A DNA stretch of 64,000 bases, taken from Takakia lepidozioides. Lineage: Eukaryota > Plantae > Bryophyta. Of this stretch, positions 23,101-36,101 are shown one piece after another; position 1 is the first letter of the stretch, and each line of letters begins with the position of its first letter. A program made the position numbers and the translations under genes. The notes beneath the pieces were generated by a model. The model had not been told where the DNA came from. It was given only the letters and a program-made list of their open reading frames with translations, and did not search any database. The stretch spans positions 76,818,001-76,882,000 of the forward strand of contig CM060731.1 of the NCBI GenBank assembly GCA_030704615.1, read 5' to 3'.

Positions 23101-26100
23101 GAGGAGAAGACCGCGTGCAGGACAAGGTATGGTTCATATGAGTTCTTGGTGATGCCTTTTGGGCTCACCAATGCACCAGCGACATTTAGCACGCTGATGA
23201 ACAGCCTTTCCCAGGAGTGGTTGGATGACTTTGTGATCGTGTACATCGACGACATCTTGGTGTATTCGAAAACAAAGAGAGCACCTGGAGCACCTCAAAG
23301 GGTGTTTCAGAAATTGCGGGAAGGGAAGCTGTATGCCAAAGCTTCAAAGTGCGAATTCGGGGTCACAAAAGTGGAGTTCCTGGGGCATGTGATTACACAG
23401 GATGGGATCAGAATGGATGACAGGAAGGTGAGGGCAATTTTGGACTGGGAGCCTCCGACTTCGGTCCCGGGAGTGCGATCCTTCCTAGGACTCGCCTCCT
23501 ATTACCGGAAGTATGTGAGAAATTTCGCCAAAATCACGGGGCCGCTGTCAGACCTTCTGTGTAAATCTAAAGTTTGGGCATGGAACACCTTTTGTGGCCA
23601 AGCTTTTGCTGAATTGAAGCAGCGGATGGCGGAAGCTCCAGTCTTGAAAATCCCGGAGTTCGATCGTCCGTTCGAGATACATACAGATGCGTCGGACTTC
23701 GCGATTGGGGGTGTACTGATGCAAGATGGACGTCCAGTGGCTTACGAAAGTAAAAAACTGAATGAAGTGGAGCGACGGTGGCCGACGCACGAGAAAGAGA
23801 TGAAGGCGGTGGTGCACTATCTTGAGCTTTGGCGCCACTATGTTGGTTCCAACCCAGTGAAGGTGTTCACGGACAATGTCACGGTGAAGTATTTTGCCAC
23901 GCAGCCCAAGTTGTCCCCAAAACAACTTAGGTGGCAAGATATTTGGCGGTGTTCGACGTGGATATCCAGTACAAACCGGGACGAGACAACGTGGTGGCCG
24001 ATGCTTTAAGTAGAAAGCAGCAGCTCTTGTTGGTGTACAAGGGCGAGACGACACTCCAAAGGAAGATCCGGAAGGCTTGCCGGAAGGATGAGCTGGCGAA
24101 GTCCGTGATGCAGGACTTGAGGATGGGGGTTAAATCGCAGTTCCACTTGCAAAATGGACTGCTCCGGTATAAGCAAAAGCGTCTCTACGTGCCGAAGGGA
24201 GGGATCAGAGATAGCCTCTTGAGAGAATGCCATGATAGCCCGCTTGCGGGCCACGGCAGAGCCAAGCGCACTGCGACACTCTTAAAGAAAGAGTATTTCT
24301 GGCCCAAACTGAAGGAGGAGGCAGAGGAGTATGTCAAGACATGCACCACATGCCAACAAAACCGGAGCGAGTACAAAAAGCAAGCGGGGCTGTTACAACC
24401 CTTGCCGATTCCAGAGGGGACTTGGGAAAGCGTCTCGATGGATTTCATGACTGCTATGCCGCTGTCAAAAGAATTCGATGCAATCATGGTGGTGGTGGAT
24501 AGGTTCAGTAAAATGGGTCATTTCATTCCCACCAAGGAGACGGCAACGGTGCAGGAAACAGGGCGACTTTACTTCGCCCACGTCTTAAAAATCATGGAGT
24601 CCCGAAGGATATTGTCTCGGACCGCGATCCAAAGTTTACGAGTAAATTTTGGAGGGCACTTTGGAAGAAGATGGGGATGAGGCTGAAGATGAGCACCGCC
24701 TTCCGACCTACGACCGACGGCCAAACAGAAAGAGTGAATTCCGAAGTGAAGCAAATCTTGCGGAATTACGTGTCGGCAGACCAAACAGACTGGGTGGAAC
24801 ACTTAGACGCGGCAGAGTTCTGTTATAATAACACAGAACACTCCGCAACGGGAGTTTCCCCTTTCGTATTGATCTATGGAAAAGCACCTCTGGTGCCGAC
24901 AAGTTGGGCCGCCCATGACGTTGAGGAACCGGCAGTAGCGGCGGTACTGGAAGAACGCGAGCGTTTGTTGAAGCTCGCAAAGTACAACATTGCCAAAGCT
25001 AGGAAACGGTATGAAAGGCAGGCGAATCGGAAGCGGAGGGAAGTGAAGTTTGAGGCAGGCACAGAGGTCTGGTTGAACATCAAGAATTTCCGACTACCTC
25101 CGGAAATGAGTCCGAAGTTCGTACCTCCGTATGCGGGACCCTTTCGCATTCGGAAGGTTATGAATGAGGATGTGTATGAATTGGAGCTGCCGGCAAACAG
25201 CAAGGTGCACCCAGTATTCCATGTCTCCCTTTTGAAGCCTTACTTCAAAGATGAAGCGTGTCCGAATCGGCATCAAGTGTTGCGTCCGCCACCTATGCTG
25301 TTGGATCATGAAAATGAACCTGAGTACGAGGTGGAGGCAATATTTAAGTCGAGGAGGTTCATGAACCGAGAAACGGAGTATCTCGTCAAATGGAAAGGCT
25401 ATCATCATGTGGAGGCATCTTGGGTGCGTGCCTCAGAAATGGGAAACGCATCCGAGGCGGTTGCAGCTTTCGAAGGGCGACCTCAAAAGCGGAAGAAGCG
25501 TTGATGGGGACATCAACCTTGGAGCGTGGGGAGGAAATGCATGCTTAGCCGGCTTAGCTAGCTTAGGAATCCGATTGCAAAAACTTGTATTGTACAAAAC
25601 GTGCTATAAGTGAAATGGCTTCCAAATGTTGTGCGTCCTATTTTGTTTGGAATGGTGATGCATGGTATGGTTGGCTAGTGTGTAGAATGCATGCTAGCTT
25701 ATAAAAGTGGGAGAGGTAAATTGGGTTAATCGTGTGTTTGCGTAGTGCCGAAATCGGGTGACCCCCATCCAAGGGGCAAAGAAACTTGCGCCTTCTTTGG
25801 GAGTTCACGTGCTAGTGCGCACCTGGCGCGTGCACGTACTATAACTGCGCTACCGAGGGGGTTGCCTTGTAGTGCGGGCTAACGCGGAAGCTACGTGCTT
25901 CCGTTCACGTACTATAATCGTGTAGCCTCGGGACGAAGTCGTAGTGCGGCTTCGGCGTGTTCCCGTACCTCAGGCCAGCATTCCAAGGCGACCCAATTGT
26001 AGTGATTGGGGCGCACAGTTGGTTCAAGGTTATCTTCCTAGTCAAAGAGGGTTCCAGTGAACCCTTGCTCAAGGTGATGCCAAAAGCGGCATCATGAGCG

Positions 26101-27133
26101 GTCGCAAGCAATGTTGTTGCAGTAAGGCGATTCGATCCTCGGGGAGGATCGTTCTTGGCCTTGAAGTAGGCCAAGAAGAGTGCACTGGGAGGAGCTGGAG
26201 AGGCTCCACCCTTGGCCGGGACTTGGAGGAAGTCGGCCGAACTAGCTAGTGGAGAGTAGAGTCAAGTGTGGGGTTTGGTTCTTTGCCATGGGACGCCATG
26301 GTACGGAAACAAACTCCTTGATGTGGGACGCCACAACTTGGATGTTCGTTTCTACAAAATGGACAAGTCGATGAGGACATCGACTCCCTGTTGGTAGGGG
26401 TGTGTGTCGCGGCCCTTTGCCTTGAGGGCAGGGGGTCGGGACACATGAGGGGCTGCCCCTGTGGTGGGGGCAGCGGCAGCGATAGGTATGGGGGGCTGAA
26501 GCACCCTTGAGTGCCCAAGGCACTCAAGGAGGCGGAGGCGCTCACTAGGTGGAGCCCCGCATACCGGGTTGCAGTGGGGGTGGCTCCACAAGGGGTGGTG
26601 GTAGCTTAGCGGGACTTAGTGGGGGTGGCATAGGACTCACCATGGGGGCGGAGACCTCGTGGTGGGAGTCGTGGGGAGTCTTGGGACTCATCACGGTCCA
26701 TAGGGGCCGTGGTGAGTGGGCCAAGACTCACCGCGACTCATCACCGGGAGTCGAGGGTTTTCGTGGTGGTTCGCCATAAAATGGCATGGCTGGTTGTGAA
26801 ACCCCCGCGGACAGCTACAAAAGTATATATAAGGGGAGTAGTGACCCCGAGAACGGTGCAAGCCCGTTGGTGACCAAAAACTAGTGAGTAAGCGAGCGAG
26901 CCGGAAAGCGACCAAAGAGTGGGGAGCTGTTCCGGACTGCCATCTACCAAAAGGGAATTCCACTAGCCCCAAATAGGTGGAGGGTTTAGTGGGAGAGGGA
27001 AGGGGGACCGTTATGTCCCGGTGAGCAGCCGAAGCTCCAAGTTGGCCCAGCGGCCAGGTTGGAAGTTAGGCGCGCGCATCAAAGCGAGTAACTATGACTT
27101 GAAGGGGAGCTTACCGAAGTGAGGTGCGCGACA
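20164..27133 (+). mobile_element. Nested Ty3/gypsy chromovirus, Galadriel-like; LTRs 20164-20891 and 26405-27133
   Basis: TGTCGCG..CG(C/A)CGACA ends; TSD TTCTG/TTATG; PBS TGGTATCAGAGC (tRNA-iMet) at 20894-20905; purine-rich tract before 26405; LTRs differ by about 16 substitutions and 1 indel by eye. Confidence 0.95.
20947..25504 (+). pseudogene. gag-pol of the nested chromovirus (one stop and several frameshifts)
   Basis: CCHC knuckle CFNCGEPGHMAKKC, protease LVDTGAS, RT YIDD, RNase H TDASD, integrase HHCC and core, chromodomain EYEVEAI..YLVKWKGY. Confidence 0.95.
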
Positions 27134-30100
27134 TTATGGGTCCGAAGCCTCAACCTCCAACAGAATTATCAGACTTCGAATAGGCTCCACTTGCCGTCGT
27201 ACGGGGTTCAGACGAGGAAGTACGCGTCGCATTGGTGGCCCATCGTCTCGAAAACGTCGGCGTCTCGAGACCTGTGACTCCATGCTGCTAATACAAGATG
27301 CAAGAGTGCTGGAAGTATAGCTATATATACTGATATGTGGTGCTCCTCCCTCCTTAGTGTGTATCAGGTACATTGAATGTTGATTCTTCACCTTGAAGCT
27401 AATTTGACTGACATCATCGTTGTGACGTCTTAGTGACGTGTAGCTCTGGATATCGTTGATGAAACTCTTGGACATTGTCAGATGCATTGACGAGGTTGGA
27501 TGAAGGTTCATACGTTCGTTCGCTGCTGTCGTAGCATTTCCAATGTATAAAATACTCAAGACGTTTATAATTGATGCGAGAGTCTAGGACTTCGTCGACT
27601 TCATACTCAATTTCCTGATTGACTTTGATTGGTGGAGGTGGTACGGACTCTCCCTCGAATATTCGATGAATGATACAACTCCAATAATGAAATATGAAAG
27701 ATTGGATGGATGCGCATACTTCGTAGGAGTTCAAGCCGAAAACTGACCGGATTTATTTGTCGAATAATTTTGAATGGTCTCAGGCGTTGATAATCCAACT
27801 TCCTTGATGGTCGCGAGGTTTGTATGTCCCGTCGAAGAAGCCACACACGATCTCCGACCTTGAACTGGGGTTGGAGTTGACGACGTTGATCTGCATACTC
27901 CTTGTATTGTTTTTGAGCTTCTGCGAGGTGGAATGTAAGCTCCTTGTGAATCGTAGCAAGGTTTTTTGAACAGTCTTCATGTGGAAAATGTTTGCTCGAG
28001 GATGATGACCATAATTGGAGAAAAATGGAGTTTGTTTGGTCGAAGAATGTATAGTGTTGTTGCAGGCAAACTGAGCCAATGACAAAAGGTCCGTGCAATT
28101 ATCTTAGTGATTATTTATCGTACAACGAAGATACTACTCCAAAATTTGGTTTACACGTTCGGTTTGACCATCAGTCTGTGGATGATTAGCTGTAGAGAGG
28201 TTGATCTTAATATCCAATATGTGAAATAATCCCCTCCAAAAATTTGATATGAACTGTGGTCCTCGATCAGATACGATGTCCTTCAGGAGTCCATGAATGC
28301 GGTATATATTATTTGAGGAAGAGTCTTGCAGTTTCCTCGCCGGTAACCGTCTTATTACATGGAATGAAATGTGTCATCTTCGTAAAACGATCTACAATAA
28401 CAAGAATTGAATCGGTGGTCTTGGAGATTGGAAGGTCTAATAAAGTCCATAGACACGGACGACTATAGACCCTTGGGAATGGGTAATGGTTGAAGAAGGT
28501 CGTAGGTCGATGTCGTGGTCCCTTCGCTCTAGCACACGTGTCGCAAGATTTTATAAATTCTTTCACGAGTTTCCACATCTACGGCCACCAAGAGTCCCTG
28601 GATATCAATTCAATTGTTTTGTTGAAGCCGAAATGTCCTGCGGCCGAAAGATCATGACATGTTTGAAGAATTCGAAGTCGTGTAGGTCCTGGAGGTACAT
28701 AAAGAAGTCCCTTGAAATAAAGTAAGTCATCTTTGAACTCGAAGTCATTTGTAACATGTGGGTTGTCTCGAGATCGATCTAGTTGACTTCGTCGTGTCGT
28801 AGTAAATTGGTCGTTCTTCAGTGCTTCCTGAATCTCCTTTATAATCTCTGCATCGTCATAGGTGGACATGGATAACATATTCAATTGGAGATTTGCTGGT
28901 TTCAAGATGATGGATTTCTGTTGGTCAAAAGCTGCATCCACTTCCTTTGGCGCAAGATACAATCGTCAAGAAAGAGCATTTGGCTTTCCTTGAAGACGTC
29001 CCCGACGATAGGTAATAACAAAATCAAAACATTGCTAGTGACATACTCCATCTTGTTTGACATCGATTCAAAACACGAGCACTCATAAAATACTCGAGGT
29101 TTTTGTGATCGGTATAGACAGTGACCTGATGTTGAGCTCCTTCCAATAGATGACGTCATTCCTCAAAAACATCGATAATCGTTAAAAGTTCTTTGTCATG
29201 GATTTCAAAATTGATCTCCGCAGTGGAAAATTTGCGAGAACGAAAACCAACAGGATGAAGTCGGCCATCTGTACTCTATTGAGAGAGTACCGCGCCAAGT
29301 GCAAAGTCCGATGCATCTGCTTCCAAAAAGAATGGTTTAGATGGGTCTGCATGTACCAGTATTGGAGCCGTTGTAAATGCCTACTTCAGCATTTCAAATG
29401 CTTGGTTAGTCTTCTCGTCCCATACAAATTTGTCCTTCTCTGTGAGTCGTGTCATTAGTGCAGCAATTTTGGATTAGTCCTGGATGAAGATTCTATAGAA
29501 ATTTGCAAATCCTAGAAAACATTGTACATCTCGGACCGAAGTTGGGTTAACCCACTCGATGATGGTTTGTATTTTCCTGATCCATAAAGACTCCTTTGTT
29601 GGAAATAATGTAGCCCAAAAATTTGACTTCAGATTGGTGGAAAAGACAGTTTTCCAACTTGACATATAATTTTTTTTTCCTCAATTTATCAAGGACAAGG
29701 CGTACGTGACGACCATTTTCTTTTTCATTCTGTAAAAATATCAAAATGTCGTCCAAATAGATGACTACAAAGTCATCTAAAAATTCTCGAAAGATGTCAT
29801 TCATTATGTGTTGAAAATTTGCTGGAGCATTTGTAAGACCGAAGGACATAACACTGTATTCGAAATATCCATACCTTGTGCGAAAAGCAGTTTTCCATTC
29901 GTCTCTTTCTTTTATTCGTACAAGGTTGTAAGCTCATCTCAAGTCGATATTTGTGAAAAAATTTGCTCGTCCAAGTTGTTCGAGGAGTCCGGAAATCAGC
30001 GGTAGTGGATAACGATTATTTACAGTGACTTTGTTGAGCCCACGATAGTCCACACACATGCGTAACGATCCGTTCTTCTTTTTCATAAATAAAATAAGTG

Positions 30101-32853
30101 CTCCCGCGGGTGATTTCGAATGTTGAATGAAATTTTTTGACAAATTTTCATCAATGTATTCGTGTAAAGCAGCCAGCTCCGTCTGAGATAAATTGTAGAT
30201 CGGGCTCAATGGTGGTTGAGCTTCTTCTTGCAACTCAATTGCACAATCATAAGGTCGATGTTCTGGCAACATGTCTGCATTTTTCTTCTCGAAGACGTCC
30301 TTAAAATCTTGATATTGAGTGGGTAATGTCGAAATACCTTGGTTTGTTGTGGTTTTGATCGGAGTCGCATAAAGTGCAAATGTCACGTCTTTCTTCGTAA
30401 CTCTCATGAAGGTTCTAGCTCCAAGAAACAGGGGTTGAATACCCTTTGGTACTTTTGCATTTTTGTCTTGCCGAAATTTTTCGTGATCGCCAATCGATGT
30501 CAGGATTATGAAGGACAAGCCAGGGAAGTCCAAGGATCACAAGATTCGTTGGAGATTGGATTACATTGAAAACAATCTGTGATGCTTGATTTTTAAGCTT
30601 CACTTCAAAGGGTCGAGTTTCATGGTCAACATTTCCTGATGCTAACGGTCGTCCATTGATAACTTCAACAGGGGCCGAGAATTTATTTCTTACGAGTGAT
30701 AAATTGTGTTGCTTCGCAAAGTCTTTGTCAATAAAATACGCTGAAGCGCCCGAGTCCAAAAGTGCTTCTACGGAGATATCTCAATTTTGCATCCTGATCT
30801 TTACTGAAACTGTGAAACAAGATACAGGGTCTGGAGGTAGAAATAGACATTTTTTTTATGAGGAATTTAGGGTGTCCAGCCACATGGTCCCTACTGTGAC
30901 TGGACATCTTTGTTTTTCGACCTTCTCGTATCGAACACTTGAGTGGTGCCCCGAACTTTGAATCTTCTCTTGTTGGGGCAGTTTAATGCCATGTGATCAT
31001 CTTCTCCACAATCCATTCAAGCGTCGTCTTTGTTTTTCTTGTGGCGTCAATGGCTTGAATTGGACAGTATCAATCTGCATATGTACTACGGCACCAAATA
31101 CAACGATCCATCAGATATCGCAGCGGCATGGTGCATCGTCGACCATCCAGATCGCTTCTCTTGACGTCTTTCGAACAAACGATTATCGCATGCAATGACT
31201 TGGGTGATGAATTCGCTCAGTGTACTCATGTTTGGCATAATCAGCAACAAATCATTAACATCATCTTTTAAGCCACATCGAAACTGACTAATGATGCTCT
31301 TCTCATTCTAGTCAAGGTCGCACGCAAGTTGTCGAAATCCGGCAGCATAAACGGAAGTTGGACATGCTCCTTGTCGAAGATTTCGTATCTTTGTCTCTAC
31401 AACTCTCTTTTTATCATTCTCTCCAAACATTGCAGTGAACTCGGACATGAACGCTTCAAAATTGTATAGTAAATGTGAATTTTTCTCTAATAGCAAACCA
31501 AAATAGGGCAGTGCCTGATAGAAGGGTGCCCACGAATCCCACTTGAATACCTTTATCATAGTAGCGTTGTGGATGTAGTCGTAGGAATAATCGCACTTAT
31601 TAGACAAAACCGAGAAATCTTGATCTCGTCCCATTAAATTTCTCGGGCATGCTGACCTTTGGTTCCCTTGTAATCTGTTGAAGATTTGGAGGAACCGTTG
31701 CAGTAGGATTTGTTGTAGTAGAGACTCGTAAGGTTGAAGATCCATTGGTCGACTCCTTCAACTCTGAAATTTGTTGTTGCAAATTATTGAGAGCATTGCC
31801 AAGGTCTTGAGACTGATCAGCTTGTAGTTGGGCAGTAGAGGTATGAAGTTCTTGCATCTGGAACTGAAGACTCTGCAATGTGGCGACCATTTCCGCAAAT
31901 GTGTCTTCCATCTTAACTAACTAAGGAACAAACTTTAGTCTCGCCAAACTCTCAAGGACGGGAACATGACTGAACACAAACAAGAGATCAAACTAGAGGT
32001 ACAAGACTAGACAAGAAGCCAAGGTCGGTGTGGCCGTATGCACGATGAGTAAATAAGAATCAAGATGATCTTTATAACAATGAACAAGAGTACAAGATAT
32101 TGGAACACGACTTGAATACTTGAATGCTGGAAACTGGACTGGAGTACCAGATATTGGAAACTGGGCTAGAGTACTGGGAGCTGGACTGAGTACTGGGAAT
32201 TGGAAACAAGAGTAGCTGAACTGGTGTTTGGCGAGACTGAAGAGTGTCCAGTCTCGCCTCCTATATATACTGACTACTGAGAAGCTTCCCTAAGAAGCTT
32301 CCCCTATGGAGGTTGCTTGCTGGAGAAGTTTCCACGATTAAACAAAGGTTTCTTGATGAAGAAGTTTCCTTAAACAAATGAGGTATCTGAGCAGTTTCCC
32401 AAGTTACTCTTGATAATTTGGTAAACTCCCGGTAACTTGATAAGTGATGGTAAATCATGGTAGATCATGGTAAATCACGGTAAGTCGTGGTAACTTCCGG
32501 TAACTTGATAACTTCTGGTATTTATTCCTGGTAAGTTCCGCTGGGCTATGTCCGTGACATCAACTAGGACATTTTAGATACTTATATTTATATTTTTGAG
32601 CCTCCACGAGCCTCTCTCACCTCCATAGCTCTAGGTATGGAGATGGAGTGTGTTGAGGGCTTTGTAGGGTGGATTCCCTTAGCAAGGGTGCCCTTGGCTT
32701 GACTTAGTTTATTTGATTGAGTGGATTCATGAGTGGAGGGTTTCCATTGTGTTCACTTTCATTATCATTGTGGCATAGCTTTTTAGGATTGTATGCTTAG
32801 GATGTGTGATGGACAACGATGTATGTTGTGGCACGATGCTTAGGTGCACGACA

Positions 32854-33287
32854 ACTCTTTGAATGTCGAAAAGTGTTGGATTGTGAGGCGGGGCTGGCGC
32901 TTGTCTAGAACTGTTCCCTAAAGGATTGTACACAATCTATGATGGTAGGGCACTAAAGCCCTCGTCCATCATGCAAAATAAGCTTCCATCTGCAGTACGA
33001 ACTCTGTACCGTGAAGAAATTTGAGACCGATCTTGTGTAACAGTCGAGTTGTGGGGGTATACAACATGTAAACATCATCTTGGCTTGAGCATGTGTCAAA
33101 AGACAAGAGATAGGAGTCTTGGTGAAGAGGGAGCTGCTGACAGAGTTGTTGGAAACCAGCAGTAGATGGGAGGGAATTCCACAACTTGCAAACCGACTTA
33201 CATCTCACAAGACTTCGATATGGCAACCACGCCAACACTACCATCACTAACTCGAAAAGGAGCATGCTCCCAATCTCCTCCTCCATA
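32854..33287 (-). pseudogene. F-box gene, copy B, 5' part only
   Basis: Matches 6847-7287; the 3' half (~5880-6846 of copy A) is missing where the TE stack sits. Confidence 0.88.
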
Positions 33288-33909
33288 TTGGCCCGGTGGT
33301 TTGGGCAACAAAACCTCCCCAATTGTGTTCTTGGGATCCTCGGAGCTTGGGGGAAACAAAAACTTGAGCCTCTGAGAATTAATACCGCTATTGTTGGTAT
33401 CATTCTTTTCCTATCAAAAGCCTCGCTCTTGCTTTTGTTATTTTGGTACTTGAACCTTCTTTGTTAACCATCCACTTCGCTTTTACTATTTGCAGCCGTG
33501 CTTTGTATTTTGACTTCTTGGGTGTGTGCGGACGTATAGCTAGCTTGACTGGGGTATCAACTGTATGTCTTTAGAGGGTCACAGTGAGAGTGAGATGAGG
33601 GAGTTGCAATCCTTCAGCTCCCTCCCTTCCTTGGCACGGAAGCTGCAAATGCTTAAGCTGGAGCAGACGGCGGGACGTTGAAGCTCCAGCAAGCGGGCCC
33701 ACTACCCAACCCTCTATTCCTCTCTATGCTTGCAAGCGGGCCCACAATCCATCACCTCCCTCCCTTCTTTAACTCTTGAAGCTGCTAAAGAGCATGCGGG
33801 CCTACAATCTCCAGTTCGATCCTCTAAACTGCATGCGGCCCTACAATCCCCCAACTCCCTCAATCCTGAGAGCTGGGGCCGGCTTTCCTCTTCCTCCCTC
33901 CACGCTTGA

Positions 33910-35545
33910 CAACACACTCCCACACTTCACATACATGCTAACAAGGGCGTCCCCTAGGAAGATGGTTGGTTAGAATTGACTTTGCGTGCGTTGGGCATGG
34001 ACCCTCTTGCCATCTGCCAGGGCCTTCATTAGCACACGACCGCATTTGCCGCGGATACAATGCAGAGCTTCCATGTTATTGCCATGGTAGTCATTTATGG
34101 ACCCCAACTGGCAACATTTAGGAAGCAGATGCAAATTGCAATCCAAAGTGGAGGCTTGACCAACGTGGCATTCAATCCGAGGGATTCAAGATCCTTGACC
34201 GCGAAATTAAGAGACGGTACCTGCACAGTGGATCCCATTATATTTGCTCTTGTAGCAGTGTAAATCCTGAAGAGAGCCCACACAGAACTTCCTGTCAAAA
34301 CCAGCATGGACATATTCACACTGAGGGCATTTGCAAACACAGGATCGAAGGTAATGTAACTTACCACATATTGGATCCTGTGTTGGGAAGTGCCCTTGTG
34401 TGTGAATCATGTTGTGATGGCCCACTTTTTACCTGCTCCCATTCTTCCTCAGATCATTCACTGTGCCGCGGAACGCAACGTAGAGAGCTGTTGGGCATGC
34501 CATAGAAATACCGTTAGACATACGCTTTCGGCGAATAAAATATTACTTCATTTCGGCCTTGACTCCAAGTGTAAAGCGGGCCTTAACAACCTCCCCGATT
34601 CTCATTGCAACTAACCTTCAACTACTACATCTTGAACAAGGAGAGCGGCTGTAAAGGAGTTATCGAAATAGTGTGAGCTTGCAGCTGCCCTTGGACAAAA
34701 TATACCTTGCACACAAAACCCATTTACACTTTGTCCTTCTGCAGACCTGCACTTCAATTTGGAACCAGACAAGGGGGTAGCCATGTGCAATTGAGGGTGG
34801 TGCATCGAGGTGGACAGCCAGCTTCATAGAGGATGAATTGCATCCTCAAATTAAGGAAATCCATGCTTAGCTGACGAGATTGTCCAGGCAGACGAGGAAG
34901 GTTGGGTATGTGCCTAACCAGCGCTTTGTATTGGTATCTCAGCCCTGACAACCCAGCCACTATGTACCCCTTCCTTGTTGAATGATGCGTGCTAGTGTGC
35001 GGTGACTAATTAGGCTTTTTCTCTTCCTGCTTGAAATTCTATGCTCTCAGTTGCTCATCTACTACGACCACCTATTCTTGTGATTTATTTGTACCTGGAC
35101 TTTACGGATTTCAGATATAAGATATGCCCGCCTAACGCTGTTGATGGAAAGGCATGCCCAAGAAACATTTCACTCTGACAATACTCCAACACAAGGTGGT
35201 ATCGGATGACACGGAACAATCGGGCCAGCGACACCCTCAACCAATTCTTGGAGATGCAAACCTACCAACGCCCGCCAGCCCATCCGGCCTTAGCCAACAG
35301 GAGGGCCATACTTGTGTTTCCTGTGGCGTATCGCATTGGACATTAGGAGGAGACTGAGTTCATCTGTCTTCTCCCTACCAACACTATTCCATCCTTATAT
35401 TAACGGGTCATCTTCTACCTCCAAACCCCAAGGACGACAACTCTAAAAGAGTGTACTATTTTTCCTCCCATGGTTGTCTCGGTGAGGGCGCACAGTTCCT
35501 TCAACCAAAACCGGCGAGGGTGGGTTCAAAACGGCGACCTGGAGC
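33910..35545. repeat. Partial third cassette copy (PPR fragment 33910-34045, DYW relic) with foreign inserts at ~34046-34580 and ~35137-35525
   Basis: Matches 7939-8073, 4285-4990 and 4993-5011. Confidence 0.82.
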
Positions 35546-36101
35546 CTAGTTGGACGGCCAACCACTCTCTAATCAACCCCTCCCATGTTATCACATCAGA
35601 GTCTAGAATATGCATATTTAGTTCAGATTCATAGTCTGTGCAACTAGATAATAGATAATAGACCACTACTGTCATTCTCATCCTCACAGTAGCATCTGCT
35701 CTTGCAATGGCAGATTCAGAGCAAGGTTGTGCGGTGCCCGGATTCTGAGTATGCAGAGAAGATGATCGTGGCCATAGATGCACTACGAGTCAAATGAGAC
35801 TCATTAGAGGGGTGGTGACTTGCATTGCCAGAAAGTGCCTCAAGTAGGTCTCTTTACAACTTCCACCTCAGAACACCTGCTGATTTTCCATGTCTCCTTA
35901 TACAATGCTTTGCGTCAGGATATGATGCCTGGTTCATATGCCAGTTTGTGTTGCCTATTGCATTGAAGCTTCAACTGGGTTCACGTCAAAAACAGGTTTG
36001 TACAGGATGGAGGGTGATGGTTGGAGGCTTGTTGGTTGTATTTGGCACACATTGCTAGATTACTTGGGGAGTGGACATTGCCAATCTGCTGCTAACACTA
36101 C

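Larger units (their letters stand above)
19132..32559 (-). mobile_element. Ty3/gypsy chromovirus, Tcn1-like (self-priming), degenerate; 5' LTR 31950-32559, 3' LTR 19132-19918
   Basis: TSD TCAAC (19127-31, 32560-64); TG..CA outer ends; PPT 19919-19930; fragmented gag (from 31911), protease DSGAS, RT YLDD, RNase H, integrase, chromodomain EYEVDEVLDSR..YFIHWK; non-tRNA PBS complementary to the LTR. Confidence 0.93.
19113..32853. mobile_element. ~308-bp solo-LTR-like element (19113-19131 plus 32565-32853) split by the chromovirus insertion
   Basis: Begins TGTCATG and ends CACGACA; its last ~85 bp recur at 19026-19110 just after a purine tract. Confidence 0.55.
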
